NCBI GenBank assembly: GCA_945860565.1
Contig: CAMAQS010000006.1
Coordinates: 1-54,595, forward strand
Reading direction: 5' to 3'
DNA length: 54,595 bases
Origin: Chitinophaga pinensis
GTDB lineage: Bacteria; Bacteroidota; Bacteroidia; NS11-12g; UBA955
Shown here: positions 1-9,953 of the stretch, one piece after another
Layout of the letters: the number at the start of each line of letters is the position of its first letter
Numbering within the stretch: position 1 is the first letter of the stretch
Program-made: the position numbers and the translations under genes
Notes under the pieces: generated by a model
Told to the model about the DNA's origin: nothing
The model's input: the letters and a program-made list of their open reading frames with translations, nothing else
Databases searched by the model: none

Positions 1-163
<163 letters not shown>

Positions 164-166
164 TTA

Positions 167-181
167 TCAAAGCAAGTGCCA
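167..181 (-). promoter_or_regulatory. putative sigma-54-type -24/-12 promoter of dnaK (TGGCA-N6-TTGA)
   Basis: Minus strand TGGCACTTGCTTTGA lies 30 nt upstream of the dnaK ATG. GG-N10-GA spacing (the canonical form is GG-N10-GC). Confidence 0.5.
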
Positions 182-204
182 ATTGCACTTTTGGCATTAC
201 AGGC

Positions 205-229
205 TGTCGAAATGTCAGAAAATGTCAGA
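205..229 (-). promoter_or_regulatory. tandem TGACA repeats upstream of dnaK (candidate regulator binding site)
   Basis: Perfect 10-bp tandem AAATGTCAGA x2 (210-229) plus a degenerate third copy (TGTCG, 205-209). An opposite-orientation TGACA is at 248-252. Confidence 0.4.
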
Positions 230-270
230 AATCTCTCCCAAAAGGGGTGACAAGTAAAGACAAAACGTCT

Positions 271-1275
271 TTATCTAATGAAATTTAATTCTTTGGTGGC
301 TGGATTGCTTTGTAAAATTCCAATACTGGCTGGCTCTAGAGGCACTTTGTTTACTTCTTGTTTACATCGGCTACCAAACAATCCAAATCCACCTTCTATA
401 TTTGAATATTCCGCTTGTTTTTGCACAATTCCAATGGAAGGTTCGTTAACGGAAATGTAATCGATTAAATTTTGGCTTCCTCCATAATATTGAATTCCAA
501 CCGTTTTGAACTTTCGAATAATGTTTTTGGAAACTGTTAAACTATTGGCTAAAAACTGCAAAAAAGACAATCTATCAATTTGATGAATAACCGTTTGCAT
601 GGGTTGGTTAAACCCGGGTTGCGAAATGGCGTAATTGGTAATGACATTCCAAGTAATATTTTTGGTACCTATGAAAGATGTGTCTGCAGCATTGTATTCT
701 TCAATTTGCGCAGTCATTTTAATATCGAAGGCGTAGGCATTTGTGCCGGGCACATAAGAAATGGTAATATAATTTGCAGCCAAAGAAAAAATGGGTGTGT
801 TGCTTCTAAAAGGCGCTTCAATTCTGGCCTTTCTAAGGGTCCATGTAACTGCACTGGCAATGTTTCCTGTTAGTCCGCTTTTAACTTCTACTTTATACGG
901 TTCGTTTTCGGCAATGGCATTTTTTGTGGTGTAAAGGTAATTCACATCGGAGGCAAATAAACCCGGATTTTTTATTACATTGTTAGTTTTTTGTAAAGGA
1001 ATAACCTCTCCGGTATTTAGGCGAATGAGGTTTACTTCAACGTTTTTTAAATACAAACTATCGGAATTTTGCGCTGCCACCAAAGCACTGGTATTGTTAT
1101 TTAGAAAGGCTTTGTTCACTTTTATATATTGAATGGTGTCGTTGGGATCTAACAAACCATAAACCACCATGGTCTCCTTCCAATCTGCATTGATGTCCAC
1201 TTCATTTTCACAATACGTCAGCCATCCCCCAAAAAAAACAAATAAACCCGTAATTAGAAATCGATTCCCCTTCAT
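271..1275 (-). CDS. DUF4249-like outer-membrane lipoprotein
   Basis: Signal peptide ending LTY-C, then CENEVDINADWKETMVVYGLLDPND..QYIKVNKAF and C-terminal YSNIEGGFGLFGS, typical of Bacteroidota DUF4249 lipoproteins. Confidence 0.7.
   Translation of the reverse strand: MKGNRFLITGLFVFFGGWLTYCENEVDINADWKETMVVYGLLDPNDTIQYIKVNKAFLNNNTSALVAAQNSDSLYLKNVEVNLIRLNTGEVIPLQKTNNVIKNPGLFASDVNYLYTTKNAIAENEPYKVEVKSGLTGNIASAVTWTLRKARIEAPFRSNTPIFSLAANYITISYVPGTNAYAFDIKMTAQIEEYNAADTSFIGTKNITWNVITNYAISQPGFNQPMQTVIHQIDRLSFLQFLANSLTVSKNIIRKFKTVGIQYYGGSQNLIDYISVNEPSIGIVQKQAEYSNIEGGFGLFGSRCKQEVNKVPLEPASIGILQSNPATKELNFIR
1223..1233 (+). repeat. over-represented motif CATCCCCCAAA, exact copy (in DUF4249 gene)
   Basis: Read directly. 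See finding on the motif. Confidence 0.7.
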
Positions 1276-1401
1276 TCAACTGCGAAGGTACTTAAAAGGC
1301 CATGGAAATTGAAATAATGCAGAAACCATGAGCTTTTTTTGACAAAAATGGTTCTTTATTGCGAAATATTTGCAATTATTGCATTCAAATAAACACCATA
1401 C

Positions 1402-2217
1402 ATGTCAGTTCATAGAGAAATTAGGAAAATTACTACGCACGTTTTAAGTGAAATGAAAGCGCGTGGCGAAAAGATTTCAATGCTTACCGCTTACGATTTT
1501 TCAACAGCAAAAATCATTGACGATGCAGGGATTGACGTTATTTTGGTGGGGGACAGTGCTTCGAATGTCATGGCGGGACACGAAACCACTTTGCCCATCA
1601 CTTTAGACCAAATGATTTACCATGCAAGCAGCGTGGTGAGAGGTGTGGTGCGTGCGTTGGTGGTGGTTGATCTGCCCTTTGGAAGTTATCAAGGAAATAG
1701 CAAGGAGGCGCTAAATAGCACCATTCGCATTATGAAAGAATCGGGTGCGCACGCCATTAAAATGGAAGGCGGTGAAGAGATTTTGGAAAGCATAAAACGA
1801 ATTCTTACAGCGGGTGTTCCAGTAATGGGACATTTGGGATTAACGCCACAAAGCATATACAAATTCGGGACGTATACGGTGCGGGCTACGGAAGAAGACG
1901 AAGCAAATAAACTCATTAACGACAGTAAAATGTTGGAAGCCGCAGGCTGTTTTGCTTTGGTTTTGGAAAAGATTCCAGCACATTTGGCCAAAAAAGTTGC
2001 CGAAACGGTAAGTATTCCTGTCATTGGCATTGGTGCTGGTAACGGTGTAGACGGACAAGTATTGGTTTTACACGATATGTTGGGCATTAACAAACAATTC
2101 AATCCAAGATTTTTACGTCGGTATTTAAATTTGTACGACGACATCAAAGACGCGGTTGGGCAATACATTCAGGATGTCAAATCGACGGACTTTCCGAATG
2201 AGAGAGAGCAATATTAA
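1402..2217 (+). CDS. panB: 3-methyl-2-oxobutanoate hydroxymethyltransferase
   Basis: Motifs [44 protein letters not shown]. Confidence 0.97.
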   Translation: MSVHREIRKITTHVLSEMKARGEKISMLTAYDFSTAKIIDDAGIDVILVGDSASNVMAGHETTLPITLDQMIYHASSVVRGVVRALVVVDLPFGSYQGNSKEALNSTIRIMKESGAHAIKMEGGEEILESIKRILTAGVPVMGHLGLTPQSIYKFGTYTVRATEEDEANKLINDSKMLEAAGCFALVLEKIPAHLAKKVAETVSIPVIGIGAGNGVDGQVLVLHDMLGINKQFNPRFLRRYLNLYDDIKDAVGQYIQDVKSTDFPNEREQY

Positions 2218-2499
2218 ATTGTCGGACAAGAGAAAAAAGCGGGTAGGTCGACCTCTGATTAACTCTATTTAATTTAGCCCAATTTTAGACGAGTTCGAAC
2301 AAGGTGCACCTATCCTAAATTTACATAATTTTAAACCTACCTCAAAAAATACAATTAGATAACATTCAATAACTTAATTAAATTTCATTTGGCTAAATGT
2401 GCATATTATTTGCGCTTTCAGCCAATTCGAAAGTAATTCCATTTGGCTAAAAGTGGAATTTGAATACCATTTTTAATTGGCGGAATGCTAAAAAATCAC

Positions 2500-2537
2500 A
2501 TTAAAAAAGCCCCGATAGATATCGGGGCTTTTTTAAT
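2500..2537. terminator. bidirectional rho-independent terminator
   Basis: ATTAAAAAAGCCCCGATA-GA-TATCGGGGCTTTTTTAAT: perfect inverted repeat with A/T tails, between convergent genes and 16 nt past the zinc-ribbon gene stop. Confidence 0.9.
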
Positions 2538-2553
2538 GGTTTAATATTTTGGT

Positions 2554-3351
2554 TTATTTGGCCGTAGTCAAACGCATTTTACGGCGTGTTGGCTTGTCTT
2601 CTTTGATTTCATCGAATGCAGAAATTCCGCTGATGGTTTGATCCACTAAAATTCTACCGCAATGCTCACAATCGGTAATTTTGATGTGTGCGCGGATGTC
2701 TGAGTGACGTTGTGGTGGAATTTTACTAAAGCAACCACCGCAAGAACCACGAACGATAGGTGCAACCGCAACACTATTTTTCATATTTTCACGAATTCTG
2801 TGGTAAGCACGAGACAAACGTTCGTCAACTCGTTTTAGCGCTGTTTCGCGTTCTTTCTTCAATTTAGTGATTTCCTCTTCGTTTTCTTTTTCGATTTCAG
2901 ACAATTCAGCTTGCTTGAATTCTAAATCGGCTTTTCTGCGGTCTAAAGAAGCTTGAGTAAGGTCTAAAACTTCTTGTTTGCCTTCAATTTGTTTAGAAAA
3001 GTCGCGGATTTTTTTCTCAGCAGACAAGATTTCTAATCCTGCAATCTCTTTTTCTTTGTCAATGGCTTCATACTCACGGCTGTTTTTGATGTTATTCAGC
3101 TGGTCGTCGTATTTTTCAATGGCACGTTGAAAGTCTTTGATTGCATTCTTTTTACTGCTAATTTCAGCATTGTACAAGCTAATCTCTTGTTGGATATGTG
3201 CGACTCTTGTCTCTAAACCTGCAATATCGTCTTCCAAATCTGACACTTCCATTGGCAATTCACCAAGAACTGCGCGTAAGGTGTCTAATTTGTTATCGAT
3301 TTGTTGGAGTTTCCAAAGGTCTTGTAGTTTTTTTTCAACTGTTACGTCCAT
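2554..3351 (-). CDS. coiled-coil protein with C4-type zinc ribbon (CT398/DUF164-like)
   Basis: Long coiled coil followed by CGGCF..IPPQ...CEHCGRIL. Directly follows nif3, the usual gene pair. Confidence 0.9.
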   Translation of the reverse strand: MDVTVEKKLQDLWKLQQIDNKLDTLRAVLGELPMEVSDLEDDIAGLETRVAHIQQEISLYNAEISSKKNAIKDFQRAIEKYDDQLNNIKNSREYEAIDKEKEIAGLEILSAEKKIRDFSKQIEGKQEVLDLTQASLDRRKADLEFKQAELSEIEKENEEEITKLKKERETALKRVDERLSRAYHRIRENMKNSVAVAPIVRGSCGGCFSKIPPQRHSDIRAHIKITDCEHCGRILVDQTISGISAFDEIKEDKPTRRKMRLTTAK

Positions 3352-3353
3352 TT

Positions 3354-4460
3354 TTATTTATAATATTGTACTGGGTTGGTGTTGGTATGTGCAAAAATGG
3401 TTGCAAAATTAGGGAATTTTTTTGACAAAATCTCTGCGAAAATTGAAACAGTGTATTTTTCAGACTCAAAATGTCCAATATCACACAATAACATGTCATT
3501 TTCAGCATCAAAATACTCGTGGTATTTAACATCGGAAGTGATGTAGGCATCGCACTTTTCTTGCTTGGCTTTGGAAATTAAAAACGCCCCTGAACCGCCG
3601 CAAATGGCCACTCTATGAATCGTTATTTTGTCTGATCGGGTATATTTAAACGTCTCCAAATCCATGCTTTTCTTGAGGTGTGCTAAAAATTCGGGTTGCG
3701 ACATGGGTTCGCGGAATTGACAAATTAAACCTGAACCAACACTTAAAACTTCGTTTTCTAGTGCAACCAACTCATACGCGACTTCTTCATAAGGGTGTGC
3801 GTAAAACATTGCGTCAAGCACCTGTCTTTTAAGATAAAATGGAAAAACCACTTCGAATTTTTGTTCTTCTACCCTACTTGGTTCATCTACGGATCCTTCA
3901 AATGGATTCGCGCCGGTTTGAGGAGTATAACTTCCAACTCCAGACCATGAAAATCCACAATCCTTATAATTGCCAATTTGTCCAGCACCCGCTTTAAAAA
4001 TGGCATTCTCTACCGCCATTTTATATTCGGTTGGAACGGTAACAGACAACTTTAACAAGGTGTTTTTTTGGGGGGATAATACCCGCTGAGGAATGAGGGC
4101 CAATCTACTGGCTATCTTATGGTTTACACCCTGATGTAGCACGGAATCTAGGTTGGTATGACACGCATACAAAGCCACATCGTGTTTGATGGCCAACTGG
4201 ATGGCACGATCTACGTACGTATTTCCATTGAATCGTTTTAATCCTGAAAACACAATGGGATGGTGAGAAATAACCAAGTTGCATCCCTTATCGATTGCTT
4301 CTAAAACAACCTCTGGGGTGCAATCTAACGACAGCAATGCGGAAGATATTTGCATTTTGGAATTGCCTACAATAAGGCCACTATTGTCGTAATTTTCTTG
4401 AAGACTTATTGGCGCCACCTCTTCTATGGCTTGCATGATTTCTGCTAATTCTAGCGACAT
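3354..4460 (-). CDS. Nif3-like dinuclear metal centre protein (DUF34) with PII-like insert
   Basis: QENYDNSGL, ISHHPIVF, HTNLD, AHPYEEVAY, DIGHFESE. Start moved to ATG 4460 (MSLELAEI) to avoid overlap with the divergent gene. Confidence 0.92.
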   Translation of the reverse strand: MSLELAEIMQAIEEVAPISLQENYDNSGLIVGNSKMQISSALLSLDCTPEVVLEAIDKGCNLVISHHPIVFSGLKRFNGNTYVDRAIQLAIKHDVALYACHTNLDSVLHQGVNHKIASRLALIPQRVLSPQKNTLLKLSVTVPTEYKMAVENAIFKAGAGQIGNYKDCGFSWSGVGSYTPQTGANPFEGSVDEPSRVEEQKFEVVFPFYLKRQVLDAMFYAHPYEEVAYELVALENEVLSVGSGLICQFREPMSQPEFLAHLKKSMDLETFKYTRSDKITIHRVAICGGSGAFLISKAKQEKCDAYITSDVKYHEYFDAENDMLLCDIGHFESEKYTVSIFAEILSKKFPNFATIFAHTNTNPVQYYK

Positions 4461-4503
4461 AGTCAATTTTTCTGTGAAATTAACGCAAATTTGCATACCA
4501 ATT

Positions 4504-5667
4504 GTGAAAAAAGCGATATTAAAAAAAGGAAAAGAAATTGCCATTCAGCGCAAACACCCATGGATATTCTCAGGTGCCATTGAAAGTATGGACCCATGCA
4601 GTGCCGGCGAATTGATAGAAATTGAAGACAGTAAAGGGAATTTTTGTGCCATTGGACATGTGAGTACAGGCAGTATTACGATCCGAATTATCACCTTTTT
4701 CCAAGAAGAAATCGACCAAGAATTTTGGAATCGCCGTTTAAATGCGTGCAAAGGTGTTCGGGACGACCTGAATCTACATCCCCACAAAACCACAAATACG
4801 TTTAGATTGATACACGGTGAGGGCGATGGTTTGCCTGGACTCATTGTGGACGTCTACGGCTCGGTTGCGGTAATGCAAGCCCATTCCGATGGCATGTTTT
4901 TAGCCTTACCTCTCATAACACAAGCCATTCAAAACGCTTATGGAGAGGACATTTCGACGATTTACAGCAAGAGCAAAGCCTCAATGCACGATGAGTCGAT
5001 TAAAGACACCTATTATTTAGGTAATCAAGCGGAAATTGTTTCGAGTGAGAATGGCATGTTGTTTAACGTGAATTGGGAAATAGGACAAAAGACAGGATTT
5101 TTTATAGATCAGCGCGAAAATCGCCACTTGTTGCGAAATTATTCTCAGGGCAAATCGGTTTTAAATACATTTGCTTATACGGGGGGATTTAGTATTGCGG
5201 CTTTACACGGTGGTGCCAACAAGGTAATATCGGTTGATATATCTAAAACAGCCACTGATTTGTGTACCATCAATGCAGCATTAAACCATCTTGAAGATAA
5301 ACATGAATCCATCACCGCCGATGTAATGGAATATCTGCAATTACAGGATGAGTTGTATGATATTGTCGTATTGGATCCGCCTGCATTTGCCAAAAGTTTA
5401 AAGAAAAAACACGCTGCGACAATGGGTTATAAAAGATTAAATATGTTGGGATTAAAGCGTGTGAAACCTGGGGGACTCTTGTTTACTTTTTCGTGTTCTC
5501 AGGTAATCGATGAAACCTTATTTTTAAATACAGTAACCGCCGCAGCCATAGAATCGGGAAGAAATTGCCGCATTTTGCATCGATTGTCACAAGGGCCAGA
5601 CCATCCAGTTAACATCTTTCACCCAGAGGGTCATTATTTAAAAGGACTGGTTTTGCGGGTAGATTAA
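4504..5667 (+). CDS. rlmI: RlmI-family (PUA + SAM-dependent) 23S rRNA methyltransferase
   Basis: HPWIFSG, RLIHGEGDGLPGL, GQKTGFFIDQRENR, VVLDPPAF, TFSCS, DHP..EGHYLK. Probable GTG start at 4504. Confidence 0.85.
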   Translation: MKKAILKKGKEIAIQRKHPWIFSGAIESMDPCSAGELIEIEDSKGNFCAIGHVSTGSITIRIITFFQEEIDQEFWNRRLNACKGVRDDLNLHPHKTTNTFRLIHGEGDGLPGLIVDVYGSVAVMQAHSDGMFLALPLITQAIQNAYGEDISTIYSKSKASMHDESIKDTYYLGNQAEIVSSENGMLFNVNWEIGQKTGFFIDQRENRHLLRNYSQGKSVLNTFAYTGGFSIAALHGGANKVISVDISKTATDLCTINAALNHLEDKHESITADVMEYLQLQDELYDIVVLDPPAFAKSLKKKHAATMGYKRLNMLGLKRVKPGGLLFTFSCSQVIDETLFLNTVTAAAIESGRNCRILHRLSQGPDHPVNIFHPEGHYLKGLVLRVD

Positions 5668-5685
5668 ACCGTGAATATATTTGCC

Positions 5686-6780
5686 TTATTTCTGGGCAAA
5701 ACGATAAAAAATATACGCCACAGGCACAAAAAGCAAGTTTGGCAACCAAACGGCCAATTGAGGTGTTACAACGCCCGTGGCACCCAAGCTGATGAAATAT
5801 TTACTAAAAAATAAGAAGAAAAGAATTACGAAAATTCCAACTCCAAGTGCAATTCCGAGTCCACCTCTTGTTTTTTTCCCAGCCACAGACACGCCAATGG
5901 CAATAAGAATAAAGGTACTAAACGGTGAAGCATAGCGGCGGTACAATTCGGTATTCAGTGCATTCACATTGGGAGATCCGCGTTCTTTTTCTTTGCTTAT
6001 GAAACTACTTAACTCACTTTGATTCAAACTTTGCACGTCTTCCACTCTAAAGAAAAAATTGGCCGGATTAAATCCTATGTTGGTGTCTAAATATGGAAGA
6101 ACGGTGACCTTTTGATTTCCGTTGGCTAAAAATTCGCGTTGGGTAACCAATTCAAGTCTCCATGTTTTAGTGCGTTTATCCCACCGAATAAACCGTCCAA
6201 ACAAGGTACTTTTTAACTCAACGCCTTTGTATTCTTCAACGGTGACACCTATGCCAGAACTGTCGTGGTTGGAGAAATACTCCATATACATAATCACACC
6301 GGGTTTAATTTGGCGGTAGATGGCATTTCTAGATTCGGACCAATAATCTCTGAGGTAGGTATTTTCGAATTTTACCCGTTTTTTGTCGGATATGGGAATC
6401 AACCATGCATTCAGCAGGTAACTTCCATAGGCCATGAGCGCCCCGACTATCATATAAGGACGGAGAATTCGCAGTAAAGACATCCCCCCAGCCAACATAG
6501 AAATGATTTCAGAACGGGAAGCCATTTTGGAAGTAAAATAGAGTACTGAAATGAAAATAAAAATAGGACTAAATGTATTGATGAGTGTGGGAATGAAACT
6601 CACATAATACACCGAAATAATTTCACTCACTGGCGCATTTCGCTTAAGAAAATTATCTAGCTTCTCGGCAACATCAAAAATGATGATGATGACAACAAAC
6701 AAAAATATAGTCACCAAAAATGTTTTGATGAATTTTGAGGCTATGTAGCGGTCTAACTTATTGAAGTATTTGGACCACAT
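5686..6780 (-). CDS. LptF/LptG family LPS export permease
   Basis: LDRYI N-terminus, three N-terminal TM helices, periplasmic domain, C-terminal AVWLPN. Follows tgt as is common in Bacteroidota. Confidence 0.9.
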   Translation of the reverse strand: MWSKYFNKLDRYIASKFIKTFLVTIFLFVVIIIIFDVAEKLDNFLKRNAPVSEIISVYYVSFIPTLINTFSPIFIFISVLYFTSKMASRSEIISMLAGGMSLLRILRPYMIVGALMAYGSYLLNAWLIPISDKKRVKFENTYLRDYWSESRNAIYRQIKPGVIMYMEYFSNHDSSGIGVTVEEYKGVELKSTLFGRFIRWDKRTKTWRLELVTQREFLANGNQKVTVLPYLDTNIGFNPANFFFRVEDVQSLNQSELSSFISKEKERGSPNVNALNTELYRRYASPFSTFILIAIGVSVAGKKTRGGLGIALGVGIFVILFFLFFSKYFISLGATGVVTPQLAVWLPNLLFVPVAYIFYRFAQK

Positions 6781-7898
6781 TACAATCTTCGGTTAGTGGT
6801 TTTTAGAATGCTGTTTTTCCAGATATGAAATTCATTCTGAAGAATTTGTTTGCGTGCTTCACGCACCAACCAAAGGTAAAATTTTAAGTTATGAAGACTG
6901 GCCATCATGGGTCCCAACATTTCTCCTGCGGCAAAAAGGTGACGCATGTATGCAAACGAATAATCGGGGGTAATCCAAGTATCTATGGGACGAAATTCCC
7001 TCTCCCATTTTTTATTTCTTAGATTTACAATGCCTTCACGGGTAAAAATCATGCCATTGCGGCCATTTCTGGTAGGCATAACACAATCAAACATATCAAT
7101 ACCCAACGCAATGGATTCCAAAATATTTTCTGGGGTGCCCACACCCATTAGGTAACGGGGTTTGTCGTAGGGCAAAATATTGCACACCAATTCAGTCATG
7201 GCATACATGTCTTCATGTGGTTCACCAACACTCAGTCCGCCAATGGCGTATCCACCGGCATTGTGTTGGCTAATGTATTCGGCACTTTGTTTGCGTAAAT
7301 CGGGGTAAACACTTCCTTGAACTATTGGAAAAAGTTCTTGATGGTGTCCGTAAATGGGTTCAGTTTGGTGAAAATGCGTCATGCAGCGGTCCAACCAACG
7401 ATGGGTAAGGTGCATGCTTTTTTTGGCATAATCGTATTCACAAGGGTAAGGTGTGCATTCGTCAAATGCCATGATGATATCCGCACCCAGAATTCGTTGA
7501 ATGTCGATGACTCTTTCGGGGGTGAATTCATGTTTAGAGCCATCCACGTGACTTTTAAACGTAACTCCTTCTTCTTTCAGTTTGCGGTTATTGGCCAAAG
7601 AATAGACTTGATAACCTCCAGAATCTGTTAAAATAGGTCTGTTCCACTGCGAAAATCCGTGAATTCCACCAGCGGCTTGCATGGTTTCAAGTCCAGGTCT
7701 TAAATATAAGTGATAGGTATTTCCAAGAATGATATCTGCATTAACCTCTTGTTCAAGGTCTTTGCGTTGCACCGCTTTTACGGTTGCAGCAGTTCCCACG
7801 GGCATAAAAATGGGAGTTTCTATCACTCCATGGTCTGTTTCTATACGACCAGCTCTTGCTTTTGAGTAAGGATCTTTATGTTGAAGGGTAAAATTCAA
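6780..7898 (-). CDS. tgt: tRNA-guanine transglycosylase
   Basis: ETPIFMPVGT, NTYHL, LTDSGGYQV, GGLSVGE, PRYLMGVG, DMFDCVMPTRNGRNG. Confidence 0.97.
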   Translation of the reverse strand: MNFTLQHKDPYSKARAGRIETDHGVIETPIFMPVGTAATVKAVQRKDLEQEVNADIILGNTYHLYLRPGLETMQAAGGIHGFSQWNRPILTDSGGYQVYSLANNRKLKEEGVTFKSHVDGSKHEFTPERVIDIQRILGADIIMAFDECTPYPCEYDYAKKSMHLTHRWLDRCMTHFHQTEPIYGHHQELFPIVQGSVYPDLRKQSAEYISQHNAGGYAIGGLSVGEPHEDMYAMTELVCNILPYDKPRYLMGVGTPENILESIALGIDMFDCVMPTRNGRNGMIFTREGIVNLRNKKWEREFRPIDTWITPDYSFAYMRHLFAAGEMLGPMMASLHNLKFYLWLVREARKQILQNEFHIWKNSILKTTNRRL

Positions 7899-8602
7899 TT
7901 TTGTGCCATTAAGGAGATGGAAAAAAGCCTAGGAAAAATGGCACTCATAGAACCCGAATAATAGCTGCCTGGAACACGCACCAACGCATTGTTTAATCCA
8001 TTTGACATTTTGAGTTCCACTGATACATCAACATATTCCATTCTAAATTCCCACCCTGCGCCAAATTCATAATAGTACGTATCTTCCTTTAAGGCAACAA
8101 TGGGCTTACTGACACCAATGACCAATTTTTCATTGCTTTGAAAGTCGTGAGACCACCGAACGCCTGCTAAAACGTAAAATCCGGTATTATTTGGCATATC
8201 CGATCGGTACTTAATGGTTAAAGGAATATCTAGGGAAATGGTTTCTATCTTTAGGATTTGATCTGGTGTTTTGGCCCAATCAAATTCAATATTTCTATTG
8301 TGTAATTGCAACATAGTTAACATTTTTAGCTCCCAAGGCCTGCCAATACGCATGGCAACACTGCCACCAAATCCGCCGCCAGTTTGGGCCATCGGACGAA
8401 TATTCAACAAAGAATCGTTGCGCTGCCAGAAAGATTGATCTAGCTGCATTTTCATTTTCGCTTGGGTACCAGAAAAAGCTATCCCCCAAAAAAAACGTTT
8501 ACGAAATAAACGATTGGGATCGCGCGGAGTGGCGTCCAGACTCTGCCATAAGCAGAATATGAGCAATATGGAAATTACTTTACGCAACGGTACAAGGTAC
8601 AA
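7895..8602 (-). CDS. porT: PorT/SprT family outer-membrane beta-barrel (T9SS component)
   Basis: Signal peptide, LDIPLTIKYRS, FYVLAG, YYEFGAG, ELKMSNGLNN. Lies immediately downstream of ubiE, the usual porT context. Start uncertain. Confidence 0.72.
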   Translation of the reverse strand: MYLVPLRKVISILLIFCLWQSLDATPRDPNRLFRKRFFWGIAFSGTQAKMKMQLDQSFWQRNDSLLNIRPMAQTGGGFGGSVAMRIGRPWELKMLTMLQLHNRNIEFDWAKTPDQILKIETISLDIPLTIKYRSDMPNNTGFYVLAGVRWSHDFQSNEKLVIGVSKPIVALKEDTYYYEFGAGWEFRMEYVDVSVELKMSNGLNNALVRVPGSYYSGSMSAIFPRLFSISLMAQN

Positions 8603-9303
8603 ACACCAAAAGTTAACGGTTTAAAAGTAACGTCAGAAAATCCGGATTCTTTTGCAATTTTCACAAAATTTTGACCCTCTGGAAATGCCGCAACACTTTG
8701 TGGAAGATAGGTATACGCAGTGGCATCTTTGCTCACTAGTTTGCCCAATGGAGGCAAAATGTATTTGAAATAAAACCAATAAAGGCCACTAAAAACGGGG
8801 TTTGTGGGTTTAGAAAATTCCAAAACAGCCAAAATCCCACCGGGTTTTAACACCCTGCACATGTCCGTCATTCCCGCTTTTAAATTCTCGAAATTGCGCA
8901 CACCAAAACTAACAGTCATGGCATCAAAAGAATCATTTCCGAAAGGCAGATTTTCAGAATCTGCTTGTTGTAACAGAATGCGGTTGGTTAGTTTTAATTT
9001 TTCAAGTTTAATGTCGCCTTTGTCTAACATACCGCGGCTGATATCTATGCCGGTAATTTGGGTATGGGGGATTTTACTCAGTTCAATTGCTAAATCCGCT
9101 GTACCTGTAGCCACATCTAAAATGGTTTTAGCACCGCTTTTTGCAATCATTCGGCGCACTCGTTTACGCCACGAATAATCGATACCCAAAGACAAAAAAT
9201 GGTTCAAAAAATCATATCTGCCCGAAATATTATCGAACATTTCCTCAACTTGTTGTTTCTTTGAACTATCGGAGGTTGGGTTTGGTTTAATGGTAGCGCT
9301 CAA
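8575..9303 (-). CDS. ubiE: demethylmenaquinone methyltransferase UbiE/MenG
   Basis: VEEMFDNIS..YDFLNHFLSLGID..WR, ILDVATGTAD, FGVRN, RVLKPGG, YTYLPQSV. TTG start at 9303 inferred from the TATATTTG promoter just upstream. Confidence 0.95.
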   Translation of the reverse strand: MSATIKPNPTSDSSKKQQVEEMFDNISGRYDFLNHFLSLGIDYSWRKRVRRMIAKSGAKTILDVATGTADLAIELSKIPHTQITGIDISRGMLDKGDIKLEKLKLTNRILLQQADSENLPFGNDSFDAMTVSFGVRNFENLKAGMTDMCRVLKPGGILAVLEFSKPTNPVFSGLYWFYFKYILPPLGKLVSKDATAYTYLPQSVAAFPEGQNFVKIAKESGFSDVTFKPLTFGVCTLYRCVK

Positions 9304-9359
9304 AATAAAAGTGCTGCAAATATACACCATTCATTTTCCAATCTCACTGAGATATTGAT

Positions 9360-9953
9360 ATGAAAATTTTAAACGCAGATTATTTAGGGAGTTGGGAAAA
9401 ATCAATTGACATGCCTTTGACACAAAGGCCTGAATTTGCATTTATTGGCAGGAGTAATGTAGGCAAATCTTCGTTAATCAACATGCTAACAGACCGCAAG
9501 GAATTGGCCCGAACAAGCTCCAAACCGGGGAAAACCCAAACCTTAAACTTATATTTAATCAATGGAACCCTTCAAATCTGTGATTTACCGGGATATGGTT
9601 ATGCCAAGGTTTCTAAAGGCGATAGACTGAAATTCAGTAAAATGATCCAGTACTATCTAAAGATGAGGCCCAATTTATTCTGTTTATTTATTTTGGTGGA
9701 TTTACGCATTCCTCCACAAATTATCGACATTGAATTCATCAATGATGCTGGCGAAAACGAAATACCCATTGTTTTGGTTGGAACTAAAAGTGACAAGCTC
9801 AAAGCAGAGGAAATAGAAGAAAAAATCGCACTTCTAAAAGAAAAATTAGAAGAAACGTGGGAGGAGATGCCCCCGTTTATAATAAGTTCGGCCAATACCC
9901 AAGTCGGCAAAACCGAAATTTGGGATGTCATTCAAAAGGCAGCAGCAGGTTAA
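9360..9953 (+). CDS. yihA: ribosome biogenesis GTP-binding protein YihA/YsxC (EngB)
   Basis: GRSNVGKSSLIN, PGKTQTLN, DLPGYGYAK, TKSDK. Confidence 0.96.
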   Translation: MKILNADYLGSWEKSIDMPLTQRPEFAFIGRSNVGKSSLINMLTDRKELARTSSKPGKTQTLNLYLINGTLQICDLPGYGYAKVSKGDRLKFSKMIQYYLKMRPNLFCLFILVDLRIPPQIIDIEFINDAGENEIPIVLVGTKSDKLKAEEIEEKIALLKEKLEETWEEMPPFIISSANTQVGKTEIWDVIQKAAAG

